Below are positions 56,391 through 64,000 of a stretch of 64,000 nucleotides of DNA, one piece after another (positions within the stretch are counted from its first letter, which is position 1; the number at the start of each line of letters is the position of its first letter). The notes below the pieces were generated by a model. It had not been told where the DNA came from, made no database searches, and saw nothing but the letters and a program-made list of their open reading frames with translations. A program made the position numbers and the translations under genes. The DNA lies in the NCBI GenBank assembly GCA_020633325.1, contig JACKDX010000002.1, forward strand, positions 150,040-214,039, read 5' to 3'. This DNA is from Myxococcales bacterium. Its GTDB lineage: Bacteria > Myxococcota_A > Polyangia > Polyangiales > GCA-016699535.

Positions 56391-56927
56391 TTATCGAAGC
56401 AGGAGCCACAAAAGCACCGCGGTCAGAACAATCCACGCGAGCAGCACGAAAGGGTGTCGGCGTTGCCGTATACGTGGTTCAAAGAAAACCACTTCATGCA
56501 CGGTTTTGCGGGGCACATTAACCAGCAGCGCCCCATCCGCTTGGTAGGCCACGAGGTATTCCAGTAACTGCCTACGGGTTGCAGCGGTTTCGAGTTGCGT
56601 GGCCATCTCTCCGGTCTTGATCTCCGCCACAAACTGCCTCCCGTGACGCTCCACAATGGCGTCCGCCCGAAGCGCGATGGCCCTTTGGGCACCATCTACC
56701 TCGATGTGCCACGTCTTCGAACATTGAGTAGCAACAATGGAATAACCGTAGGCCTCGAGTAGCGCGATAGCCGCTTGCTCGCCTTCAATGGCAACCCGGC
56801 TTCTGCGGCGGGCTTTCCAACGCCGACGGGATGCGCCGAGCCACGAGGCGAGCATCCCATACAACAATGCGCCGCTTGCCATCGCAATCACGACCCACAA
56901 CAGCGTGATCCGCGCCTCCGAGTACAT
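56391..56927 (-). CDS. Membrane-anchored PD-(D/E)XK nuclease-like protein
   Basis: N- and C-terminal TM helices around GEQAA..GY, RADAIV, AEIKTG, RRQLLEY. Confidence 0.75.
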   Translation of the reverse strand: MYSEARITLLWVVIAMASGALLYGMLASWLGASRRRWKARRRSRVAIEGEQAAIALLEAYGYSIVATQCSKTWHIEVDGAQRAIALRADAIVERHGRQFVAEIKTGEMATQLETAATRRQLLEYLVAYQADGALLVNVPRKTVHEVVFFEPRIRQRRHPFVLLAWIVLTAVLLWLLLR

Positions 56928-56972
56928 CAGCTGACGCAACCACGGTTCAAACCGACCCGACAAGCTTTCGGC

Positions 56973-57905
56973 ATGCCTCCGCCCACTACCGATTCTTCTC
57001 CATTGGCGCCCGATCACCCCCTCACGAGGAAAATTCACGGCAGACTGAAGGAAAGGGCGCCCCAGCAACTTTTTGCCAAGGGCGGTTTCGAGGCTCTCCC
57101 TCCCATGATCGCCATCGTGGGGACGAGATATGCCGATGAGGATTCCCTCACCTTTACCTCCAAGCTTGCATCGGAACTGGCACGCGCCGGATGGTGCATT
57201 ATTTCGGGCGGCGCCAGCGGAATCGATACCGCCGCCCACGAGGGCGCGCTCAAGGCGCCGGGCCGCACGGTGGTTGTGTGTGGGACGCCGCTCGACCGGG
57301 TCTACCCCAGCTCGAATCGCCAGTTGTTTCGCCGCATCGTGGATGAGGGGGGTGCGCTCTTTTCTGAGCACTCCGAGGGTACGGGCGTCTACCCGGGCAT
57401 GTTTGTTGCGCGCAATCGACTCATCGCTGCGTTGGCAGAGGCGGTCATCGTGGTCCGAGCGCCCGCCAAGAGCGGAGCGCTGAGCACGGCGGCATACGCA
57501 AAATCGATGGATATTCCAGTCTTTTTCGTGCCGGCAGCGCCTTGGGACCCCCGCGGGATGGGCTGTTTGATGCTAGCCCGGCGGGGGGCCAAGATTTGCA
57601 CTTCCCCTCAAGATGTCCTATCCGATGCGGCCTTGGGAGCCCTCACACGGATGGCCCCCCCTCAAACCGCACCGAAGGTGGCACGGAATTTGATGAATAA
57701 TATCAGCGAATTAGACGAAGACAGCCGCGCAATTGTCGATCTCTTGGCCAGAGGAGGTCGGCAAAGTGAGGAGTTGGTTCGGATTTTGGGCTTTTCGGCG
57801 AAAAGAGTACAACGCGCGCTGGTCATGCTTTGCTTGGCCCAGCACATCGTAGAGAAAGCCCCCGGGGAGTACGATCTATGGCCCCATTATGGGCATAACG
57901 GATAA
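56973..57905 (+). CDS. dprA: DNA processing protein DprA/Smf
   Basis: AIVGTR, IISGGASGID..AH, RNRLIAALA, SGALSTA, C-terminal winged helix. Confidence 0.95.
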   Translation: MPPPTTDSSPLAPDHPLTRKIHGRLKERAPQQLFAKGGFEALPPMIAIVGTRYADEDSLTFTSKLASELARAGWCIISGGASGIDTAAHEGALKAPGRTVVVCGTPLDRVYPSSNRQLFRRIVDEGGALFSEHSEGTGVYPGMFVARNRLIAALAEAVIVVRAPAKSGALSTAAYAKSMDIPVFFVPAAPWDPRGMGCLMLARRGAKICTSPQDVLSDAALGALTRMAPPQTAPKVARNLMNNISELDEDSRAIVDLLARGGRQSEELVRILGFSAKRVQRALVMLCLAQHIVEKAPGEYDLWPHYGHNG

Positions 57906-57916
57906 GGAATCGGGAT

Positions 57917-60289
57917 ATGAGCAAATCCTTAGTCATCGTGGAGTCGCCAGCCAAAGCCAAGACCATCCAGAAATACTTGGGTAAGGGTTACACGGTCATG
58001 GCCTCCAAGGGGCATCTTAAAGATCTCCCCAAACGCGGTGGCGTGGATTTCGACAACGATTTTCAAGAAACCTACGAGTTGATTGAGGAAAAAGGCAAGG
58101 CGGAGGTCCTCAAAACGATCAAGCAGACTGCCAAGAATGTCGATGAGGTGCTGTTGGCAACAGACCCTGATCGCGAAGGCGAGGCGATCGCGTGGCACAT
58201 CAAAGAGGAACTCGAAAAGTCCAAGATCAAGGCAAGCATCTCGCGGGTACTCTTTATAGAGATCACCAAGAAAGGGGTACAGGCCGGCATCGCGCATCCC
58301 CGAGAGCTTGACACCGACCTCTACGAAGCGCAGCGCACCCGCCGCGTCCTCGACAGAATCGGAGGTTATCCGCTTTCCAATCTGCTGTGGCGAAAGCTTG
58401 CCTTTGGGTTATCGGCCGGCCGCGTACAAACGCCCGCGCTTCGGATCATTGTGGACCGCCAGCGTGAGATAGACGCGTTTGTCCCTGTTAAGTATTGGCT
58501 GGTGGATGCGGCATTGGTGGGCACCCAAAGGCCGAGTTTTACCGCGTGGTTAGAATCGGTGGACGGTCAGAAGCTCGAGAGGGTCAGCTCCAAGCCTTCG
58601 GTGGATAGCGGCGAGCTTGCAGATACGTATGTCGCGGAGCTAAAGCAGGCGCCCTATACCGTAAGCAAGATCACGAAGCGGGCGCAAAAGCGCAGCGCTC
58701 CTGCACCCTACACCACCTCCAAACTACAGCAGGACGCATCCACACGTCTGGGCATGCAGCCTAAGAGCACCATGCGGGTGGCTCAACGGCTATACGAAGG
58801 CGTGGAGGTAGGGCGCGGCAGTGAGGCCGAGGTCGTCGGTCTCATCACGTACATGCGCACCGACAGCGTTCGTGTCTCTGATGATGCGGTGACTGAGTGC
58901 CGTGATTACATCAAAACCACTTACGGCAAAGACAGCTTACCCGACAAGCCCAATTTTTTTAAAACCAAAAAGCAAAATGTTCAAGATGCACACGAAGCAA
59001 TTCGGCCTACGCGGATGGATCTGCCCCCGGAGAAGGTGCAACACGATCTGAAATCCGAGCAGTTTAGGCTCTACAAGCTGGTGTGGGATCGCTTCGTGGC
59101 ATCTCAAATGATGCCTGCAGTCTATGATCAGACGGCCGTAGAGATTCATGCCAAGGGAAAGTCCCACCTCTATGGTTTGCGTGTCAGTGGCAGCGTGCTC
59201 AAAGTGCCTGGATGGAAACGCGTCTACGGGGCCTTGAGCACAGAGCTCGCGGGCGAGGAAGCATCCGCAGAGGAGATGGAGGAAGGGCTTCTTCCCGAGC
59301 TCACGGAAGGGGAAGCTTTGACCTTGGTGGTGCCCCCGAGCGTTCAGTCCCATGCAAAACAAACAGAACCCCCGCCCTATTTCAATGAAGCCAGCCTGAT
59401 TAAGAAACTCGAGGAAGAGGGCATCGGGAGGCCGAGCACGTATGCGGAAATCATCAGCAAGGTTGAGGCGCGCGACTATGTGAGAAAAGTCGAAAACAAG
59501 CTTAAGCCCACACCCTTAGGCATGTTGGTCATCGATCGGCTCGTAGGCGATGGCTTCATGTTGGCGGATATCGGGTTTACGCGAAAACTGGAAGACGACC
59601 TGGACGCGGTCGCAGAGGCTCGTGCGAAGCGGATCGAGGTGCTGGCGCCCTTTCACGAGACCCTACAGGCCAAAATTGCTAAGGTGCTTGAGCAGAGTGG
59701 CAAGTGGTGGCCGGAGCCCGAAACGCTGGACGAGAAGTGCCCCGAGTGCGGCAAAGCGTTGATGAAACGCTGGGGGCGCAACGGGCCGTTCATCGGTTGT
59801 CCGGGATATCCCGAGTGCAAGTACACGCGAAACATTCCTGGGGCTGATGATGAGGAGGGCAACGGGAGCCGTGAGCCGGAAGTGACGGCATATACCTGCG
59901 ATGACTGCCAGTCGCCCATGCTGAAGCGGTGGGGACGAAACGGATACTTCCTCGGTTGCTCGCGCTATCCGGCCTGCAAACACACGCGCAACCTTCCCTT
60001 GGGTGTCCACTGCCCCAAGTGCGGCGGTGAAATCGTGCAAGTGAAAGGTAAAGCTCGCGGTCGACCGTTCTATGGTTGTGCCAACTACAACTCGCCCGCG
60101 AAGTGCGATTTCCGTGTGTGGCAAAGACCCGTGGCACATCCTTGTCCCAAATGTGGAACGGACTTCCTCGTGCCTTCGGGTGGCAAACGCAATCCCGGGC
60201 TCAAGTGTGTCAAGGAAGGTTGCGACTATCATGGCCCGATGCCGGATGCCAATGAGGCCAAGAGCGATGATATGGCCGCCACCGGGTAG
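57917..60289 (+). CDS. topA: Type I DNA topoisomerase
   Basis: VIVESPAKAK, ATDPDREGEAIA, SAGRVQ, ITYMRTD, AHEAIRP, GIGRPSTYA, four C-terminal Zn ribbons. Confidence 0.99.
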   Translation: MSKSLVIVESPAKAKTIQKYLGKGYTVMASKGHLKDLPKRGGVDFDNDFQETYELIEEKGKAEVLKTIKQTAKNVDEVLLATDPDREGEAIAWHIKEELEKSKIKASISRVLFIEITKKGVQAGIAHPRELDTDLYEAQRTRRVLDRIGGYPLSNLLWRKLAFGLSAGRVQTPALRIIVDRQREIDAFVPVKYWLVDAALVGTQRPSFTAWLESVDGQKLERVSSKPSVDSGELADTYVAELKQAPYTVSKITKRAQKRSAPAPYTTSKLQQDASTRLGMQPKSTMRVAQRLYEGVEVGRGSEAEVVGLITYMRTDSVRVSDDAVTECRDYIKTTYGKDSLPDKPNFFKTKKQNVQDAHEAIRPTRMDLPPEKVQHDLKSEQFRLYKLVWDRFVASQMMPAVYDQTAVEIHAKGKSHLYGLRVSGSVLKVPGWKRVYGALSTELAGEEASAEEMEEGLLPELTEGEALTLVVPPSVQSHAKQTEPPPYFNEASLIKKLEEEGIGRPSTYAEIISKVEARDYVRKVENKLKPTPLGMLVIDRLVGDGFMLADIGFTRKLEDDLDAVAEARAKRIEVLAPFHETLQAKIAKVLEQSGKWWPEPETLDEKCPECGKALMKRWGRNGPFIGCPGYPECKYTRNIPGADDEEGNGSREPEVTAYTCDDCQSPMLKRWGRNGYFLGCSRYPACKHTRNLPLGVHCPKCGGEIVQVKGKARGRPFYGCANYNSPAKCDFRVWQRPVAHPCPKCGTDFLVPSGGKRNPGLKCVKEGCDYHGPMPDANEAKSDDMAATG

Positions 60290-60320
60290 AGCCGGGCCCG
60301 CGCGAAGACCGCGATCATGC

Positions 60321-61013
60321 TTGCAGCACAGAATAGGATGGTTGGTTGCCGCCTGGGCGCTCGTTTTACCCGTCACGACGCGTGCGGATGATGCACAGCT
60401 GTGGCTCGCCACCATCGCCACCACGTCGCTCGATGAGGATGCGCCTCGGTGGCGGGGATACTTGGAACTACAATCCCGAATGGGTGAATACGGCACGCAG
60501 TTCATTGTCAGGCCCGCGCTAGGTTTTCAGGTGTTTGAAGGCGGGGCGGTATGGCTGGGGTATGCATGGTTACCCACGGTGGCAAACGGCGTCGCGCCCG
60601 ATGTTTACGAGCAACGCATCTGGCAGCAGTGGTCGCTCGCCCATCAGAGCGAGGTGGCGACATTTGGATCTCGCAGTCGCCTGGAAGAGCGCTTTATGGC
60701 CCACGACAGCGATGTGGGGTTCCGCTTTCGGCAACAGTTTCGCGCGAACTGGACTTTCATGCCCAAAGCGACGTTCTACTTGCCGACGACACTCGAGCTG
60801 TTGTTCGATCTAAACACGCCAGCCTGGCGCCCCCAAGGCGGCTTCGACCATTACCGTCTCTTTGGCGGCCTGGGCATCAATTTGGGCAATGGTGTCTCCT
60901 TGGAGGGAGGCTACGTATTGGCGCACTATCTGAGAGAGCCGGGCGCGGACAGAAAAAGTCACGTCGTCGCGATCAGTCTAAGTTGGAATCACAACTCTAA
61001 CCCCCAGAAATGA
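60321..61013 (+). CDS. DUF2490 family outer-membrane beta-barrel protein
   Basis: Signal peptide ..TTRA-DD; EQRIWQQ, RSRLEERF, RFRQQFR, GFDHYRLFGG; start uncertain (TTG 60321). Confidence 0.8.
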   Translation: MQHRIGWLVAAWALVLPVTTRADDAQLWLATIATTSLDEDAPRWRGYLELQSRMGEYGTQFIVRPALGFQVFEGGAVWLGYAWLPTVANGVAPDVYEQRIWQQWSLAHQSEVATFGSRSRLEERFMAHDSDVGFRFRQQFRANWTFMPKATFYLPTTLELLFDLNTPAWRPQGGFDHYRLFGGLGINLGNGVSLEGGYVLAHYLREPGADRKSHVVAISLSWNHNSNPQK

Positions 61014-62139
61014 TGCTTTCCGCAGCCGCTTCGGGCGGCACCGCGTCATCGAGCGATTCCAAATAGCCTGCGGGAAGCGCCACTTTTTGGGTCCCGGAAC
61101 GCTTCCCGCGTTTGAGGCGCCGAGCGGATTCGGGGAATTCTTGGCCGGGATCGATAGCGTCAAGCGCCCGGCCAAGTTGCTCAAATGTAGAGACATGCAT
61201 CAGTCTAGCGCGCAGGGCGGCTCCGCTCGGGACTCCCTTGGTGTACCAAGCGCTGTGCTTGCGGAAGCTGCGCATGGCCGCAGTTTCGCCCAACCACTCG
61301 CATAGCATCCTGGCGTGCGTAAGCATGATCTCACGGACCTCACCAAACGTGGGCGCAGACGCGGGTTTCTGGCCGCGAAACTCATGGGCCAGATCGCGAA
61401 AGAGCCACGGTCTCCCTAAACATCCCCTGCCGACAATCACGCCGTCGCACCCCGTTTGCTCCATCATGGCAATGGCATCATGAGACTCCCAAATGTCACC
61501 GTTGCCCAAGACGGGAATATGGCGCACATGCGCTTTGAGACGGGCGATCTCCTCCCAGCGCGCCTCCCCATCGTACAGCTCGGCTGCCGTTCGCGCGTGC
61601 AAGCCCACCGCCTTGCAACCTTCTTCCTGAGCGATGTAACCCGACGATAAATGCGTATGATGCTGTTCATCGATTCCGATACGAAACTTGATGGTGATCG
61701 GGACATCTCCTGCGTGCGTAACGGCGGCCCGAATGATATTGCTAAGGAGCTTGGGCTTCAGCGGGATGGCTGCCCCGCCCCCTTTGCGCGTGACCTTGGG
61801 AACTGGGCATCCAAAATTGAGGTCGATATGATCGACTTTGCCCTCGCTCACCAAGCGTTGGACCGCAAGCCCCACATACATGGGGTCTACCCCATAAAGC
61901 TGAAGGCTTCGTATGGATTCTTCGGGTCCAAAATCGGTCAGTTTCAATGTCTTTTCCCGCCCATCGACCAAAGGTCGGGCCGTGATCATTTCACTCACAT
62001 ACAGGCCCGCGCCAAATCGTTTGCACAGCGTGCGAAACGGATAATTGGTGACGCCGGCCATGGGAGCTAACACCACTGGAGGCCAAATCGTGAGGGCACC
62101 GAGTTTGAGTGGAGCCCACTGATGGGACGAGGCCGTCAT
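60997..62139 (-). CDS. dusB: tRNA-dihydrouridine synthase DusB
   Basis: [41 protein letters not shown]. Confidence 0.95.
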   Translation of the reverse strand: MTASSHQWAPLKLGALTIWPPVVLAPMAGVTNYPFRTLCKRFGAGLYVSEMITARPLVDGREKTLKLTDFGPEESIRSLQLYGVDPMYVGLAVQRLVSEGKVDHIDLNFGCPVPKVTRKGGGAAIPLKPKLLSNIIRAAVTHAGDVPITIKFRIGIDEQHHTHLSSGYIAQEEGCKAVGLHARTAAELYDGEARWEEIARLKAHVRHIPVLGNGDIWESHDAIAMMEQTGCDGVIVGRGCLGRPWLFRDLAHEFRGQKPASAPTFGEVREIMLTHARMLCEWLGETAAMRSFRKHSAWYTKGVPSGAALRARLMHVSTFEQLGRALDAIDPGQEFPESARRLKRGKRSGTQKVALPAGYLESLDDAVPPEAAAESIISGG

Positions 62140-62157
62140 ATGTTATACCGAAGTCCA

Positions 62158-63513
62158 ATGCATGTGACAGTCGTAGGAGCGGGCTTGGCGGGGTGTGAAT
62201 GCGCGTGGCAACTGGCCAGGCGGCATATCGATGTGACCATCGTAGAACAAAAGCCCAGCAAGCGCACCCCGGCCCAGCAAAGCGACCGTTTCGCGGAACT
62301 CGTTTGCTCGAACTCCTTCCGAGGCGAAGCGCTCAGCAATGCGGTGGGTCTGCTCAAAGAAGAGATGCGCCGCATGGGCTCGCTGATCATGATGTGCGCG
62401 GATCAAACGCGCGTACCTGCCGGCGGCGCATTGGCGGTGGACCGCGAACGGTTTTCATCCGAAGTGACACGGCGCATCGAAAGCCACCCTCGTATCTCGG
62501 TCATGCATACAGAGGCGGCTTTCATACCCGAAGATCGCCCAGCCGTGATTGCGACGGGTCCCTTGACCGCAGATGCGCTCGCTCAGGATCTCGAGCGACG
62601 GCTGGGGAGCGCCAGACTGGCATACTACGACGCGATTGCGCCCGTGGTCTTGGCTGACTCGATAGACTGGGACAAAGTTTTTCGGGCCTCCCGGTATGAT
62701 AAGGGAGGCGATGACGCGTATGTGAACTGCCCCATGGACCGCGATCAATATACGGCCTTCATAAAGGGTGTTGAGGCATCCGCCAAGGTTTCTGCGCACG
62801 CATTTGAGGATGCAAAATACTTTGAGGGGTGTCTGCCCATTGAAGTGATGGTCGCTCGCGGCGAGTTGACGCTGGCGTATGGACCGATGAAGCCCGTGGG
62901 TCTCATCGATCCCCATACGGGGCGCCGTCCCTACGCCGTGGTTCAGCTGCGCCAAGAGGATCATGCCGCCACCGCCTATAATCTCGTAGGGTTTCAAACA
63001 CGTTTAACCTATGCCGAGCAAAAGCAGGTCTTTCGCATGATTCCTGGTCTTGAACAGGCCGAGTTTGAGCGTCTCGGCAGTGTGCACAGAAACACCTTTG
63101 TCGATGCGCCTGAGGTGCTTGATGCCGACCTGAGTGTGCGAGCGATGCCCGACGTCTACTTGGCGGGGCAGATCACCGGCGTTGAGGGGTACGTGGAAAG
63201 CGCCGCTTGCGGTTTGATCATTGGCACCGTATTGGCGCTGAAGCACCATCATCGTGCACCCGTCTTGCCGCCAAAGACGACGGCACTTGGCGCGCTTGTG
63301 ACGCACTTACAATCGTCGCGTTCACCTTATCAGCCTTCGAACGTCGTCTGGAGCCTGTTTCCGCCACTTGATGATGCACCGCGGCTGAAAAAGCGGGCGC
63401 GGCATGAGGCCTTGGCGGCGCGCGCCCTAAAGACGCTCACGCCCTACGTCACCGAGGTTTCGGTGGATGGCGCCGGGGTGGGCGGCATGCCAAAAATGGC
63501 AGTTTATTCATGA
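62158..63513 (+). CDS. trmFO: FAD-dependent tRNA U54 methyltransferase TrmFO
   Basis: [60 protein letters not shown]. Confidence 0.97.
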   Translation: MHVTVVGAGLAGCECAWQLARRHIDVTIVEQKPSKRTPAQQSDRFAELVCSNSFRGEALSNAVGLLKEEMRRMGSLIMMCADQTRVPAGGALAVDRERFSSEVTRRIESHPRISVMHTEAAFIPEDRPAVIATGPLTADALAQDLERRLGSARLAYYDAIAPVVLADSIDWDKVFRASRYDKGGDDAYVNCPMDRDQYTAFIKGVEASAKVSAHAFEDAKYFEGCLPIEVMVARGELTLAYGPMKPVGLIDPHTGRRPYAVVQLRQEDHAATAYNLVGFQTRLTYAEQKQVFRMIPGLEQAEFERLGSVHRNTFVDAPEVLDADLSVRAMPDVYLAGQITGVEGYVESAACGLIIGTVLALKHHHRAPVLPPKTTALGALVTHLQSSRSPYQPSNVVWSLFPPLDDAPRLKKRARHEALAARALKTLTPYVTEVSVDGAGVGGMPKMAVYS

Positions 63514-63558
63514 AAAAATGACAAAGATGTCGGGTTTTTGACATTTGTATGCCAACCG

Positions 63559-64000
63559 ATGAAAATAATAGGCGTGCCATCTCGTTCGCAGGCCACACCA
63601 TGGGCGGAGCAGCTCGCGCTTTATCGGCACTACCTTCATAGTGAGCGGCGCGCAGCCTCAGGCACGGTGCGGGCGTATATGGCGGAACTTCACGCGCTCG
63701 GGACGTTTTTGTCTCAAGAGGGCATGCCGCAAGATGCCTCTCTGCTCGACACGCTCATGTTGCGGACATACCTGGCATCGCTCTATGGGCACAATGCGCC
63801 ACGGACGTTGGCTCGCAAGCTCGCGACGATTCGCTCCTTTTACCGTTTTCTGTGCCGTCGCGGCATTGTACGGCACAACCCTGCGGCCATTCTTCGTAGC
63901 CCTAGACTGCCTGCATCACTTCCCGACTTTCTCAGTGTGGAAGATGCCTTGAGGCTCGTCACGGCGCCGGGCGATGACACGACACCCAAAGTGCTTCGCG
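63559..64000 (+). CDS. xerC: Tyrosine recombinase XerC (5' part, runs off the window)
   Basis: YLHSERRAASGTVRAY, TLARKLATIRSFYRFL, NPAAILRSPRLP..LP.FLS; follows topA and trmFO. Confidence 0.9.
   Translation, partial: MKIIGVPSRSQATPWAEQLALYRHYLHSERRAASGTVRAYMAELHALGTFLSQEGMPQDASLLDTLMLRTYLASLYGHNAPRTLARKLATIRSFYRFLCRRGIVRHNPAAILRSPRLPASLPDFLSVEDALRLVTAPGDDTTPKVLR

Noticed and set aside
56928-57371. Extension of the nuclease ORF (326 aa) and the reciprocal dprA extension from 56775
   Set aside because: Each overlaps the other real gene in antisense; homology-like motifs start at 56927 and about 56973
59663-60505. 280-aa minus-strand ORF; similar shadows at 28503-29303, 41457-42011, 49147-49821 and 25080-25616
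   Set aside because: Antisense to well-supported genes, no recognisable motifs, expected in GC-rich DNA
63515-63550. Imperfect inverted repeat ACAAAGATGTC...GACATTTGT before xerC (possible dif site)
   Set aside because: Does not match the XerC/XerD dif arms; at most a weak hairpin

Overview
64 kb of bacterial chromosome, most likely Myxococcota (Polyangia-like). This rests on TonB-fused receptors, an AgmX/PglI-type domain, CGRIGFD lipoproteins and sigma54 promoters. Core genes: alaS, tRNA-Arg(UCU), tRNA-Pro(UGG), rdgB-rph, a compact his operon with two fusions (hisG, hisC-hisB, hisH, hisF, hisA-hisI-hisE, hisD), an RND pump, a Mre11/Rad50-like (YhaO/YhaN) pair, a Gld-type ABC operon, tsaB, yajQ, cbiX-hemH, dprA-topA, dusB, trmFO and a partial xerC. 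An accessory block at about 14.4-29.7 kb holds seven predicted lipoproteins, several behind consensus sigma54 promoters, plus a serpin, mgsA, a lipid kinase, a frameshifted Mrr N-terminal remnant and an ART-like toxin fragment. The most striking item is a 971-aa lipoprotein (23241-26156, minus strand). It carries SH3-like modules fused to a complete but altered archaeal-type PEP carboxylase (PpcA) domain, i.e. a central-metabolism enzyme fold apparently turned into an exported protein. Also notable are a leaderless His-rich leader peptide with a 1:2/2:3/3:4 attenuator before hisG, a doubly membrane-anchored PD-(D/E)XK nuclease divergent from dprA, and a GlgA homologue lacking the KxGGL motif. 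No CRISPR array, rRNA or transposase was seen. All assignments come from reading motifs by eye; no searches were run.
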